Shown piece by piece: positions 12,222-26,002 of a stretch of 64,000 nucleotides of DNA. The first letter of the stretch is position 1; each line of letters opens with the position of its first letter. A model generated the notes under the pieces. It saw only the letters and a list, made by a program, of their open reading frames with translations, made no database searches and was not told the origin of the DNA. The stretch is from Felis catus (lineage: Eukaryota): contig NC_058368.1 in the NCBI RefSeq assembly GCF_018350175.1, positions 158,970,001 to 159,034,000 of the forward strand. Direction: 5' to 3'. A program made the position numbers and the translations under genes.

Positions 12222-14224
12222 ATTTTAGATTCTTATCTTTAGTGGAAAATACAAATACAATCTAAATCATTAATTTTTTTTACCTTCTCCAGAAGTAAAT
12301 TAGATAATAATACTTCCTGATGCTAAATATTTTAACCAAGATTTTCCAGTAAGCATAAGTACCAAAAAGAAAAAAAAAATGGAATGGAATATGTATCCTT
12401 TTACTTCCCACAACTATGATATTTCTGATTGACAACAGAGAATACACACATTAAAACACACCCTAAAAATGCAGTTTGGTTTCCTGCCAGGGTAATCCTT
12501 CATTAAAGCCAAGACTGGGTTTTAATTAAAAGGTTGAAACAGTCACATTGTATTAGAGAAAATATATAGCTCCCTTTAAAAAGGATTGAATTGGCTGGTT
12601 GTGCTAAGCTGCTCTTGGAGGCTGCCAGTCTACCTAAAGTATGTTCATAAAACACATTTAGCATTGGTTGAAATGATGATTTACTTAGAGATCTTAGGAA
12701 CACAATTATTTCATTGTTATACTGGTTTTGCAAGATAATGTTCATCTTGAAAAGGTGAAAAGCAACCCATTATATTCCTTCCTACATTAGGATGATCTCA
12801 TCATGCTGTAGAAAGTTGACAATCTTCTTTTTTATTGTTTCAGATGGAAATGATGCACAGCACTGTATTTAATGCTGTCTTAACCGCCCCCCCCCCAAAT
12901 ACTATCAAGCACTTAACATAAAACATTATTTATTTGAATATTTTTAAAAGCACTCCAGGTGATCTTCAGTGAGGATTAACTTACATCAATTATTTAGTGT
13001 CTCATATTTTGTTGGTTTTTAGACTTTTTGTTAATACTTTTTGGTAGGTGTTTAGATGAGAAATGTATTTCCTTTGCATAATTGAGAAAACACAAAAGGA
13101 TGTTTCTTTAATAGATAATTTAGAAAGAAAAATGCTATTGTCTGAGAATTAGAAGAGAGCAAGGTTTCATATTGCTCACCAAGAAATAACTGTCACATGT
13201 AATACATTTTCTATATGTTTGTACTGTACGAAGCATTATTTTCGATTAATTCTAGTATAACAACCCTTGAATACAGGAGTTAATAATCACATTTTTGCTT
13301 ATAAATTTCAAAGATGTGGAATAATTTGCTCAAATTCATACCACTGGCCAGTTACAGAGCTGAACCATGTCTGTCTGACCAGGCAGTACTAATTACTTAT
13401 TTCAGGGGTTTCCTGTAGAGATAGAGTACAAAAGGACCTTTGCTATTATTTAGAAAAGATCACATCCTGGTAACAGGTACCAGAATAATAATAGAATAAA
13501 GTTGGTAGGATCAGATGGTTGTAGTACTTTGAGTTCTCATGCTAGTAGCTGACTTTCATGGGAAATCTATTATCTGCTTAGTGTTTTACATTTACTCTAT
13601 GCACCAATTTTCATAATCATTTGGATAATGCACTAGTATTTACTTTTTTTCATAGATGAGGATCCTGACTTAAAAGATAATTACCTTGCCCAAAGACACA
13701 CAACTATTATAATCAGTGCAGATAGCATTAATACCTACATCTGTCACCATTTTTTTTTTTTTTTTTTTTTTGGTCTGTAATCCTTGTGTTCTGTGACATC
13801 CAGAATTCAATAATATGAATTGGAAATTCATAAAGACCCTGTGGATGAGGTTTTAGTTGAGGGAGATTCCAAATAATCTCAGTAGCTTCCAGAATCTGGG
13901 TATTGATTTTTAGATGGATGTAGGAAAAGAGTGAGCTAAATTGTTCTTTGGTACACAGGAAGTAGATAGAAAAAGAATGTTATTTTTGAGAGGTATTTAC
14001 ATCAGTACTTGAACTGGTGGCATCACACAGCTTGACATCCTGGCTTCCTAAAAGAGTTCTGAATATTACTTAACAACCAGCTTCTCATCCTTAACACCCA
14101 GGCTCTCTGCTTATCTGAAAGAGAAAATTTTATGAAGGATCAATCTATAAAAAGTTATAACAAATTAAATGTACTCAATACAAAAATTTAGGCTATAGAA
14201 AGAAACCTAAGAAATGAAAAAGTC

Positions 14225-14436
14225 GGGGTGCCTGGGTGGCTCAGTCGGTTAAGCGGCAGACTTTGGCTCAGGTCATGATCTCGAGGTCCGTGAGTTCAAG
14301 CCCCGCGTCGGGCTCTGTGCTGACAGCTCAGAGCCTGGAGCCTGTTTCGGGTTCTGTGTCTCCCTCTCTCTGACCCTCCCCCATTCATGCTCTGTCTCTC
14401 TCTGTCTCAAAAATAAATAAACGTTTAAAAAACAAA
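14225..14436 (+). mobile_element. Can-SINE
   Basis: Full consensus; TSD AAGAAATGAAA(AA)GTC. Confidence 0.97.
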
Positions 14437-14582
14437 AAGAAATGAAAGTCAACTAAATTCCCAACCCCCAGTGATACCAAGAATAGCATTTTGTATTCCT
14501 TATGGACATTGTCTCATGTATATATACACGAAGGTGTATATATGTGAGAGAGAGACAGAGGAAAAACCAGTTGGATGGCTTT

Positions 14583-15565
14583 TGTAAGACAAGATGCTTT
14601 TTCATTTACAAAATGTGGAATTTGTGAGAGGAAAAGATTTTTCACTGTAGAAGTTAGATATTGAATGTAAAGAAATAAGCCTACCAATTGAGAAAAGAAT
14701 CTGATAATCTTGTAGGAGATAAAAGCATCAGCTATAGGAAGAAGCAGATTTAAGTGGATGGTAGTTCCCTGAGCAGAGATCCAACAACCTATCCACTCAC
14801 AGCTGAATACTGTGAGGAAGATTTTGAAGATGGCAGGAGTGAAGGGAGACCCCACAACAAAGAAACTAGTGCTAGCTTCCCTTCATGAAACTAGTGGAAC
14901 CTGTAGTTTTTTGAGGAATCTCTGCATTCAACCTGATAACTACTAGCAATGACTAAACGAGGTATCTTGTCAGTGGGCTTAAGAAGTACCTTGAGAGCCC
15001 TCTACTCTTCCCTGTTAATATAGAAGGGATTCCAAGAACATCATTGTCCCCAAGAGGGCTGTGGAAATGATGGGTATCCCACAAACAGTCCTGAAGAGGT
15101 TTCTTGGTAAGAATGAGGAGGGAGCAGAGTGAACTATATGGGCAAGGTGCCTAGAAGGCAGAGGGTGATGAAGCAGGAGTATTTGTGGAATGGGGGACTG
15201 GTGTGGTCAGTACACAACAGCCTGGACAGAAGCCTGTCAACGTGGCCCAGTCAACTCCCTCTAATGTCAGGATGATAGAAGTTCTCTAAGGACTTATATC
15301 ACCTAAGGACAGAAGGGAAGGTAAAGATGAAGTAGTGGGTGGGAAAGGGGAAGGAGGAATGTTTGCATTTTAGAATACTGATGTAATTGAATATGTACCA
15401 ACCAAAATAATTTTAAATTAAAAGTATCCAAGTTTAACATGAATTGGCAAATTTAAATTTTCTACTATTAAAAAGAAATGAGGCTTGAAAAACTAAGTTA
15501 GAAATAAAAAAAGTGTCATGTGTGTATAATTTGACTTTTTGACTGTGAAATTTGAACCTACTACA
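14583..15565 (+). mobile_element. Ancient LTR (MamGypLTR-like)
   Basis: TGTA...CTACA termini, AATAAA at about 15503, purine-rich body; 3' part resembles 26330-26460. Confidence 0.45.
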
Positions 15566-15802
15566 TGATTAATTTCACATCCATGCTATGTAAGTTGTTT
15601 TTTAATTGGTTTTTGTTGTTGTTGTTGTTTTAGGGGTGTGTTTTGTTGTTGTTTACTCAACATTATATAGTAGGTGTTTCTCCATGTCAGGACACATAGA
15701 TACTTAACATCCTTTTTAATGAGTATGTATTGTCCATTGTATATTTTCTAACCAGTCTCCAATGTTGGACATTTAACCTGTTTTTATGCATTATTTACTT
15801 TA

Positions 15803-15995
15803 ATTTTTAAAATGTTTATTTACTTTTGAGAGAGCTAAAGTGTGTGTGTGAGTGGGGTAGGAGCTAATCGAGGGGAGGCACAGGATCCGAAGCGATCTCC
15901 AGTGTGACGTCAGTGAGCTCCGTGCCGAGCTGGAACCCACAAACTGCGGGGTCATAACCCAAGCTGCTTAACCAACTGAGCCACCCAGGCCCTCC
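15803..15995 (-). mobile_element. Can-SINE (diverged)
   Basis: TSD TATG(C/T)ATTATTTACTTTA at 15785-15802 and 15996-16013. Confidence 0.9.
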
Positions 15996-16259
15996 TATGT
16001 ATTATTTACTTTATTTTTTTTTTTCAATCTATGAAATTTATTGTCAAGTTGGTTTCCATGCAACACCCAGTGCTCATCCCAAAAGGTGCCCTCCTCAATA
16101 CCCATCACCCAACCTCCCCTCCCTCCCACCCCCCCATCAACCCTCAGTTTGTTCTCAGTTTTTAAGAGTCTCTTATGCTTTGGCTCTCTCTCCCACTCTA
16201 ACCTCTTTTTTTTTTCTTTTTTTTTCCTTCCCTTCCCCCATGAGTTTCTGTTAAGTTTC

Positions 16260-19200
16260 TCAGGATCTACCTAAGAGTGAAAACATATGGTATCTGTCTT
16301 TCTCTGTATGGCTTATTTCACTTAGCATCACACTCTCCAGTTCCATCCACGTTGCTACAAAGGGCCATATTTCATTCTTTCTCATTGCCACATAGTCCTG
16401 CATTGTGTATATAAACCACAATTTTTTTATCCATTCATCAGTTGATGGACATTTAGGCTCTTTGCATCATTTGGCTATTGTTGAGAGTGCTGCTATAAAC
16501 ATTGGGGTCCAAGTGCCCCTATGCATCAGTACTCCTGTATCCCTTGGGTAAATTCCTAGCAGTGCTTCTGCTGGGTCATAGGGTAGGTCTCTTTTTAATT
16601 TTTTGAGGAACCTCCACACTGTTTTCCAGAGTGGCTGCATCAATTTGCATTCCCACCAACAGTGCAAGAGGGTTCCCGTTTCTCCACATCCTCTCCAGCA
16701 TCTAGAGTCTCCTGATTTGTTCATTTTGGCCACTCTGACTGGCGTGAGGTGATATCTGAATGTGGTTGTGATTTGTATTTCCCTGATGAGGAGTGACGTT
16801 GAGCATCTTTTCATGTGCCTGTTGGCCATCTGGATGTCTTCTTTAGAGAAGTGTCTATTCATGTTTTCTGCCCATTTCTTCACTGGGTTATTTGTTTTTT
16901 GGGTGTGGAGTTTGGTGAGCTCTTTATAGATTTTGGATACTAGCCCTTTGTCTGATATGTCATCTGCGAATATCTTTTCCCATTCCGTTGGTTGCCTTTT
17001 AGTTTTGTTGGTTGTTTCCTTTGCTGTGCAGAAGCTTTTTATCTTCGTAAGGTCCCAGTAGTTCATTTTTGCTTTTAATTCTTTTGCCTTTGGGGATGTG
17101 TCAAGTAAGAAATTGCTGCGGCTGAGGTCAGAGAGGTCTTTTCCTGCTTTCTCCTCTAAGGTTTTGATGGTTTCCTGTCTCACATTCAGGTCCTTTATCC
17201 ATTTTGAGTTTATTTTTGTGAATGGTGTGAGAAAGTGGTCTAGTTTCAACCTTCTGCATGTTGCTGTCCAGTTCTCCCAGCACCATTTGTTAAAGAGACT
17301 GTCTTTTTTCCATTGGATGCTCTTTCCTGCTTTGTCAAAGATGAGTTGGCCATACATTTGTGGGTCTAGTTCTGGGGTTTCTATTCTATTCCATTGGTCT
17401 ATGTGTCTGTTTTTGTGCCAATACCATGCTGTCTTGATGATTACAGCTTTGTAGTAGAGGCTAAAGTCTGGGATTGTGATGCTTCCTGCTTTGGTCTTCT
17501 TCTTCAAAATTACTTTGGCTATTCAGGGCCTTTTGTGGTTCCACATGAATTTTAGGATTGCTGTTCTAGCTTAAAGAAGAATGCTGGTGCAATTTTGATT
17601 GGGATTGCATTGAATGTGTAGATAGCTTTGGGTAGTATTGACATTTTGACAATATTTATTTTTCCAATCCATGAGCAGGGAATGTCTTTCCATTTCTTTA
17701 TATCTTCTTCAATTACCTTCATAAGCTTTCTATAGTTTTCAGCATACAAATCTTTTACATCTTTGGTTAGATTTATCCCTAGGTATTTTATGCTTCTTGG
17801 TGCAATTGTGAATGGGATCAGTTTCTTTGTCTTTCTGTTGCTTCATTGTTAGTGTATAAGAATGCAACTGATTTCTGTACATTGATTTTGTATCCTGCAA
17901 CTTTGCTGAATTAATGTATCAGTTCTAGCAGACTTTTTGTGGAGTCTATGGGATTTTCCATGTATAATATCATGTCATCTGCAAAAAGTGAAAGCTTGAC
18001 TTCATCTTTGCCAGTTTTGGTCCCTTTGATTTCCTTTTGTTGTCTGACTGCTGATGCTAGAACTTCCAACACTATATTAAACAACAGTGGTGAGAGAGGA
18101 CATCCCTGTCGTGTTCCTGATCTCAGGGAAAAAGCTCTCAGTTTTTCCCCGTTGAGGATGATGTTAGCTGTGGGCTTTTCATAAATGGCTTTTATGATCT
18201 TTAAGTATGTTCCTTCTATCCCGACTTACTTGAGGGTTTTTATTAAGAAAGTTGCTGAATTTTGTCAAATGCCTTTTCTGCATCGATTGACAGGATCATA
18301 TGGTTCTTCTCTTTTCTTTTATTAATGTGATGTATCACGTTGATTGATTTGCGAATGTTGAACCAGCCCTGCATCCCAGGAATGAATCCCACTTGATCAT
18401 GGTGAATAATTCTTTTTATATGCTGTTGAATTCGATTTGCTAGTATCTTGTTGACAATTTTTGCATCCCTATTCATCAGGTATATTGGCCTGTAGTTCTC
18501 TTTTTTTGCTGGGTCTCTGTCTGGTTTTGGAATCAAAGTCATTGGCTTCATAGAATGAGTCTGGAAGTTTTCCTTCCCTTTCTATTTCTTGGAATAGCTT
18601 GAGAAGGATAGGTATTATTTCTGCTTTAAATGTCTGGTAGAACTCCCCTGGGAAGACATCTGGTCCTGGACTGTTATTTGTTGGGAGATTTTATTTTTTA
18701 TTTTTTTTTTAATTTTTTTTTTTTCCAACATTTATTTATTTTTGGGACAGAGAGAGACAGAGCATGAACACGGGAGGGGCAGAGAGAGAGGGAGACACAG
18801 AATCGGAAACAGGCTCCAGGCTCTGAGCCATCAGCCCAGAGCCCGACGCGGGGTTCGAACTCAACGGACCGCGAGATCGTGACCTGGCTGAAGTCGGACG
18901 CTTAACCGACTGCGCCACCCAGGCGCCCCTGTTGGGAGATTTTTGATAACTGATTCAATTTCTTCGCTGGTTATGGATATGTTCAAGCTTTCTATTTCCT
19001 CCTGATTGAGTTTTGGAAGCGTGTGGGTGTTTAGGAATTTGTCCCATTTCTTCCAGGTTGTCCAGTTTGTTGGCATATAATTTTTCATAGTATTTCCTGA
19101 TAATTGGTGTATCTCTGAGGGATTGGTTGTAATAATTCCATTTTCATTCATGATTTTATCTATTTGGGTCATCTCCCTTTTCTTTTTAAGAAGCCTAGCT

Positions 19201-20320
19201 AGAGGTTTATCAATTTTGTTCATTTTTTCAAAAAACCAACTTTTGGTTTCGTTGATCTGCTCTACAGTTTTTTTTAGATTCTATATTGTTTATTTCTGCT
19301 CTGATCTTTATTATTTCTCTTCTTCTGCTGGGTTTAGGCTCTCTTTTCTGTTCTGCTTCTATTTCCTTTAGGTGTGCTGTTAGATTTTGTATTTGGGATT
19401 TTTCTTGTTTCTTGAGATAGGCCTGGATTGCAATGTATTTTCCTCTCAGGACTGCCTTTGCTGCATCCCAAAGCATTTGGATTGTTGTGTTTTCATTTTC
19501 GTTTGTTTCCATATATTTTTTAATTTCTTCTCTAGTTGGCTGGCTGACCCACTCATTCGTTAGTAGGGTGTTCTTTAACCTCCATGCTTTTGGAGGTTTT
19601 CCAGACTTTTTCCTGTGGTTGATTCAAGCTTCATAGTATTGTGGTCTGAAAGTATGCATGGTATGATCTCAATTCTTGTATACTTATGAAGTGCTGTTTT
19701 ATGACCCAGTATGTGATCTATTTTGGAGAATGTTCTATGTGCACTCGAGAAGAAAGTGTATTCTGTTGCTTTGGGATGCAGGTTTCTAAATATATCTGTC
19801 AAGTCCATCTGATCCAATGTATCATTCAGGGCCCTTGTTTCTTTATTGACCGTGTGTCTAGATGATCTATGTATTTCTTTAAGTGGAATGTTAAAGTCCC
19901 CTGCAATTACCACATTCTTATCAATAAGGTTGCTTATGTGTGTGAGTAATTGTTTTATATATTTGGGGGCTCCTGTATTCGGCGCATAGACATTTATAAT
20001 TGTTAGCTCTTCCTGATGGATAGACCCTGTGATTATTATGTAATGCCCTTCTCTTGTTACAGCCTTTAATTTAAAGTCTGTTTGTCTGATATAAGTATAG
20101 CTACTCCAGCTTTCTTTTGACTTCCACTAGCATGATAAATAGTTCTCCATCCCCTCACTCTCAATCTGAAGGTGTCCTCAGTTATAAAATGAGTCTCTTG
20201 TAGACAGCAAATAGATGGGTCTTGTTTTTTTATCCATGCTGATACCCTATGTCTTTTGGTTGGCGCATTTAGTCCATTTACATTCAGTGTTATTATAGAA
20301 AGATACGGGTTTAGAGTCAT
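16260..20320 (-). pseudogene. L1 ORF2 (endonuclease/reverse transcriptase), broken by frameshifts, stops and a SINE
   Basis: MTLNPYLSIITLNVNGLNAP, ICCLQETH, GDFN and SDHN (APE endonuclease); [16 protein letters not shown] and [12 protein letters not shown] (RT); [18 protein letters not shown] (cysteine-rich domain), split over many ORFs. Confidence 0.95.
18693..18929 (-). mobile_element. Young Can-SINE inserted in L1 ORF2
   Basis: 14-bp TSD TGTTGGGAGATTTT at 18679-18692 and 18930-18943. Confidence 0.98.
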
Positions 20321-20370
20321 TGTGATGTCTGTATGTTTTATGCTTGTAGCGATGTCTCTCGTACTTTGTC

Positions 20371-21258
20371 TCACAGGATCCCCCTTAGGATCTCTTGTAG
20401 GGCTGGTTTAGTGGTGACGAATTCCTTCAGGTTTTGTTTGTTTGGGAAGACCTGTATCTCTCCTTCTATTGTAAATGACAGACTTGCTGTATAAAGGATT
20501 CTCGGCTGCATATTTTTTCTGTTCATCATATTGAAGATCTCCTGCCATTCCTTTCTAGCCTGCCAAGTTTCAGTAGAGAGATTGGTCACGAGTCTTACAG
20601 GTCTCCCTTTATATGTTAGAGCACGTTTATCTCTAGCTGCTTTCAGAATTTTCTCTTTATCCTTGTATTTTGCCAGTTTCACTATGATATGTCGTGCAGA
20701 AGATCGATTCAAGTTACGTCTGAAGGGAGTTCTCTGTGCCTCTTGGATTTCAATGCCTTTTTCCTTCCCCAGATCCGGGAAGTTCTCAGCTATTATTTCT
20801 TCAAGTACACCTTCAGCACCTTTCCCTCTCTCTTCCTCTCTGGAATACCAATTATGCGTAGATTATTTCTCTTTAGTGCATCACTTAGTTCTCTAATTTT
20901 CCCCTCATACTCCTGGATTTTTTTATCTTTTTGTCAGCTTCTTCTTTTTCCATAATTTTATCTTCTAGTTCACCTATTGTCTCCTCTGCCTCTTCAATCC
21001 AAGCCGTGGTCGTTTCCATTTTATTTTGCAACTCGTTTATCGCTTTTTTTTTTTTTTAGCTCCTCCTGACTATTGCTTAGTCCCTCGATCTCTGTAGCAA
21101 TAGATTCTCTGCTGTCCTCTATACTATTTTCAAACCCAGCGATTAATCTTATGACTATTATTCTAAATTCACTTTCTGTTTAAATCCTTTTTGATCAATT
21201 CTTTAGCTGTTGTTATTTCCTGGAGATTCTTTTGAGGGGAATTCTTCCATTTGGTCAT
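20371..21258 (-). pseudogene. L1 ORF1 (RNA-binding protein), frameshifted
   Basis: ATG at 21258 (MTKWKNSPQK); C-terminal RHIIVKLAKYKDKEKILKAAR...KPALQEILRGIL*. Confidence 0.9.
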
Positions 21259-22174
21259 TTTGGATAGTTCCTGGAGTGGTGTGGAACTGCAGTGCACTTC
21301 CCCTGTGCTGTCTGGAATAACTTGCGTTGGTGGGTGGGGCCACAGTCAGACCTGATGTCTGCCCCCAGCCCACCACTGGGGCCACAGTCAGACTGGTGTG
21401 TGCCTTCTCTTACCCTTCCCTAGGGGCGGGATTCACTGTGGGGTGGCGTGGCCCACCTGGGCTACTTGCACACTGCCAGGCTTGTGGTGCTGAGGATCTG
21501 GCGTATTAGCTGGGGTGGATAGCCAAGGTGCACGGGGGCGAGAGGGGCAGGCTCAGCTTGCTTCTCCTTCAGTGATCTGCTTCGGGAGGGGCCCTGTGTC
21601 AGAGGGAGGGAGTCAGACCCGCTGCCAGAGGTTTGGCTCCGCAGAAGCACAGCATTGGGTGTTTGTGCGGTAAAAGTAAGTTCCCTGAGGAACTGGTTCC
21701 CCTTGGGATTTTAGCTGGGGGATGGGCAAAGGAGATGGTGCTAGTGAGCACCTTTGTTCCCCGCCAAACTGAGCTCTATCGTCTGGGGTTCAGCAACTCT
21801 CCCTCCCGTTGTCCTCCAGCCTTCCCGCTCTCCAAGCAGAGCTGTTAACTTATAACCTTCCAGATGTTAAGTCCTACTCTCTGTCTGAACACACTCTGTC
21901 CAGCCCCTCTGCTTTTGCAAGCTCTGCTTGGCCGGTGGGCGGCCCCTGCGCCCTAGCTCCCTCCCACCAGTCTGTGTAGTGCGCACTGCCTCTCCGCTCT
22001 TCCTACCCTATTCCGTCGGCCTCTCGTCTGCGCTTGGCTCTGGAGACTCCATTCTGCTAGTCTTCTGGAGGTTTTCTGGGTTATTTAGGCAGGTGTAGGT
22101 GGAATCTAAGTGACCAGCAGGATGTGGTGAGCCCAGCGTCCTCATAAGCCACCATCTTCCCCCTCTCTCTCCAA
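21259..22174 (-). promoter_or_regulatory. L1 5' UTR with internal Pol II promoter
   Basis: GC-rich segment upstream of ORF1; promoter function is inferred from known L1 architecture. Confidence 0.7.
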
Positions 22175-22849
22175 GTATTATTTACTTTAAATACAATCCC
22201 AGGCAGGACTCTTCTTGCAATCATTGCAAAAAAAGTTTTTATTTTTGTCTAGTTTGCTTGTAATTCCCTATGTTTGTTTTACCTTAAATTATGTTTTTAT
22301 ACTTGGAGAAGTCTTTCACAGTTTGGAAAGTGTGACTAGCAGTTTCCTTATTTTAACATAATCCTAGTCTTTGCATATATTTAGTTTTAATGGATCTTCA
22401 TTTGATTTCTGGTATGTGATCATCTATGTTATATTCCCCATAGTTTGATACTTTCTAAGACAAAACATAATGAGAAATGAAATTTTGTTATATAACTATG
22501 TTACAAACTGTAAAAGAAAATATTTCTATTTGGTTTCTATTGTTTTATTTTGGTATTGCATTCCATTAGTGTACACAGATAAAACTTAACTAGAATTAAA
22601 GCCTGTAAGGAAAATGGACAATATTTTATACTGTGGTATAGACAGAGTATGTGCTACTTTATGGGGAAAAGGCTTTAGGGTATGTATCAACAAGTCACAT
22701 TGATTTTATAAAAGAGGATGTGACTATTTAATATGAAACACATTTGTCATAAGATGCCTTCTGCATTTTTGTTTCTTCAAGCAGAGTTATGGTTCAACTG
22801 TTAAAAACAATAATCAGGCATGCTCTTTTAGTCTTTAGAAAAAAAACCC

Positions 22850-23019
22850 TTTTTGGTTTTTTAATTTCACTTAACATACAGTGGTATATTAGTTTCAGGT
22901 ACAGTATAGTAATTCAACAGTTCTATACATCACCTTGTGCTCATCCTGACAAGGTAGCTTTTAATCTCAATCACCTATTTAACCCATCACCCACCCACCT
23001 CCACTCTAGTAACCATCAG
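22850..23019 (-). mobile_element. L1 3' stub (carnivore)
   Basis: TATATTAGTTTCAGGTACAG...TGCTCATC...CCCACCCACCTCC...AACCATCAG. Confidence 0.85.
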
Positions 23020-23024
23020 AAACA

Positions 23025-24270
23025 TACTTGACACCCAATATTATATTAGTTTCACGTGTACAACAGAGTGATTCGATGTTTATAAAGATTATATGCAATG
23101 TTCACCATGATAGGTGTAGTTACCATCTGTTACCAGGCTAAGTTATTATAGTATCACTGACTATATACCCTATGCTGTACTTTTCATCCCTGTGACTTAT
23201 TTTATGAGTGTAAGTTTGTATCACTTAATCCCCTCACCTATTTTGCCCATCCCTCCACCCACCTCTCCTCTAGCAACTGCCAGTTCTATTTATGAGTCAG
23301 TTCTGTCTTGTTTATTCATTTGTAGATGTTTATTCATATGTAGATTCCACATATAAGTGACATCATATGGTATTTCTCTTTCTCATTCTGACTTGCTTCA
23401 TTTAGCATATCCTCTAAATTGATTCATGTTACCATAAATGACAAGATCCCATTCTTTTTTATGAATGAGTGATATTCCATTGTATGTGTGTATGTGTGTA
23501 CACATATTTTCTATCCATTCATGTATCAATGGACACTTAGATTGTTTCCATATCTTGTCTATTGTAAGCAATGCCGCAGTAAACATACGGGTGCATATAT
23601 CTTTTCAAATTAGCAGTTTCACTTCAGGTAAATAATAAGACATGAAACTACTGAATTGTATGGTATTTTTATTTTTAATATCTTGAGGAACCTCCCTACT
23701 GCTTTTCACAATGGCTGCACCAATTTACCTTCCCACCAGCAATGCATGACAGTTCCCTTTTACTCCACATATTGCTCACATTTGTTATTTCTTTTGTCTT
23801 TTTTCTTCTTCTTCTTCTTCTTTTTTTTTTTTTTTTGATAATAGACATTCTGACAGTTGTAAGACGATATCTCATTGCAGTTTAGGTTTGCCCTTCCCTC
23901 AGGATTAGTGAGGAGCATCTTTTCATGTGTCTATTGTCCTCTGTATGTCTTCTTTGGAGAAATGTCTATTCAGGCCCATTTTTAAATTGGATTATTATTA
24001 TTATTTATTATTATTGTTATTTTTGGTGTTCAGTTGTAGGAGTTCTTTATATAGTTTGGGTACTACCCCCTTATCAGATAGATCATTTGCACATATCTTT
24101 TACAGTTCAGTAGGTTGTCTTTTTGTTTTATTGATGGTTTCGTTTTGCTGTGCAAAAGCTTTTTAGTCTGATGTATCCTAATTTTTTTTTTTTAATTTTG
24201 TTTTTTGTTTAGTTTTGTTTTTGCTTTTGTTGCCCTTTGAGGAGACTGATGCAAAGAAATACTAAGATCA
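23025..24270 (-). mobile_element. 5'-truncated older carnivore L1
   Basis: Same family as 1552-3350; ORF2 tail remnant MFTAALLTIDKIWKQSKCP. Confidence 0.93.
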
Positions 24271-24904
24271 ATGTTGGACCATAGCTTTAATTAACAACTT
24301 TCTAGGATAAGTCATGTACCTGATACCTTAAAATAGAATGTTACTTTGGATGAGGAACTGATTTTTCAGTATTGACTGATGCTGGTTAGAAATACATGAG
24401 CTAAGTATGTCTTGTTGCTCTTAGAAACCATGATTCCACATTAAATCAACCAGTAAATTGAATATTTGAAGTCACAAATAGAATATTTATCTATGGATAC
24501 ATATTATTCATGAAAGTCAAAATATAAATACATAAAATATCTACATGAAAGTTTTAGTCTTGTGTTCTGTGTTTATTATTTAAACCTTATAATGCTCCAG
24601 AGGTTTACTGATTATTAGTCCACAACTGTGTTGTGGATTATAACAAACATAATAAATTTCCTATCACTGATACCTATCTTGTGTGATTTTATTCACTGTT
24701 ACCCATTGTGATGGGATGCTATTATGGAATATTAACTAATATGCACCCCCATTTTTCTGCACTGACACATTTGTGGTAGTCTCTGAGACTTATCCCTATT
24801 TGACTCCTAGATACAAAGCCTTGGTAGTACAAGGAACTGCTATCACAGTCAGAAGACATCAATTTCAGACATAAATTAGAAGATTTTAGGAGAATTCTTG
24901 AGGA

Positions 24905-25503
24905 CTCATTGCCATGTTATTGCTGCTGTAACAAATTACCACAAACTTGGTGGCTTAAAACAAAACAAACTGGGGCGCCTGAGTGGCTCAGTCGGTTAAG
25001 CGTCCGACTTCGGCTCAGGTCACAACCTCAGGGTTTGTGGGTTTGAGCCCCACATCGGGCTCTGTGCTGACAGCTCAGAGCCTGAAGCCTGCTTCAGATT
25101 GTATCTTTCTCTCTCTCTGCCTCTCCCCACTCGTGCTGTCTCTCCCTCTCTTAAAAATAAATAAACATTAAAAAATTAAAAACAAAAACAAAACAAACTT
25201 ATTATTTTATAGTCCTGGGGGTCAGAAGTCCAAAAATGGGTCTTCAGGGCTGCATTTCATCTTGAGTTTGTATGGGAAAATCTGTTTCCTTGACATTTAA
25301 ATTATCTAGAAGCTGGTTCCTTGTCTCATGGCCCCTTTTTCTATCTTCAAAGTCAGTAACATAGCATCTTTAGATGGATAATCTCTTCCTCTCATAATCC
25401 TTAATCACATTTTAAAATCCCCTTTCCATGTAAGGTAGCATATTAGTAGGTTCCAGGGACTAGGATGTGAACATCTTTGGGAAGCCATTATCCTGTCTAC
25501 TCA
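24905..25503 (-). mobile_element. MaLR LTR (MLT1B/C-like), interrupted by a SINE
   Basis: GCTGCTGTAACAAATTACCACAAACTTGGTGGCTTAAAACAA...TAAGGTAGCATATT...CCATTATCCTGTCTAC. Confidence 0.85.
24972..25184 (+). mobile_element. Can-SINE
   Basis: Consensus; TSD AAAACAAAACAAACT. Confidence 0.96.
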
Positions 25504-25759
25504 TCTACCATTGATAAAACCTTTCAGCTGGTAAAGGAGAGTCAGTAGGAACTCAAGAGAGTTTGGTATTGCAGTGTCTTCAAGAAAACTCTACTCTTTG
25601 CCCCTTTCAAGTTAATATACCTGGGCATATGAGGATAGAGGATATTTGTTCTCAGATCTTGAGAAGAGCCCAAGAAAGCAAACGAGATTTTCTGCATTAG
25701 CTTATTGCAGTACTAAAGAATGAATTGGTATTTTAGGCTTAGATGTATAAACTGCACTA

Positions 25760-25991
25760 GGGGCGCCTGGGTGGCGCAGTTGGTTAAAGCGTCCGACTTC
25801 AGCCAGGTCACGATCTCACGGTCTGTGAGTTCGAGCCCCGCGTCAGGCTCTGGGCTGATGGCTCGGAGCCTGGAGCCTGTTTCCGATTCTGTGTCTCCCT
25901 CTCTCTGTGCCCCTCCCCCGTTCATGCTCGCTCTCTCTCTGTCCCAAAAATAAAAAAAAAAAAGTTGAAAAAAAAAAAAAACCAAAACCAA
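25760..25991 (+). mobile_element. Young Can-SINE
   Basis: TSD AAACTGCACTA at 25749-25759 and about 25992-26002. Confidence 0.97.
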
Positions 25992-26002
25992 AAACTGCAC
26001 TA

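Larger units (their letters stand above)
16014..22174 (-). mobile_element. Full-length felid LINE-1, inactivated
   Basis: GC-rich 5' UTR starting GGAGAGAGAGGGGGAAGATGG, ORF1, ORF2, 3' UTR and poly-A; 15-bp TSD GTATTATTTACTTTA at 15999-16013 and 22175-22189. Confidence 0.98.

Noticed and set aside
16467..17507. 346-aa ORF as a functional gene
   Set aside because: It is a fragment of L1 ORF2 ending at a premature stop; the rest of ORF2 is frameshifted and SINE-interrupted.
18736..18918. Recurrent MAQSVKRPTSA-type ORFs as a peptide family
   Set aside because: They are translations of Can-SINE consensus sequence.
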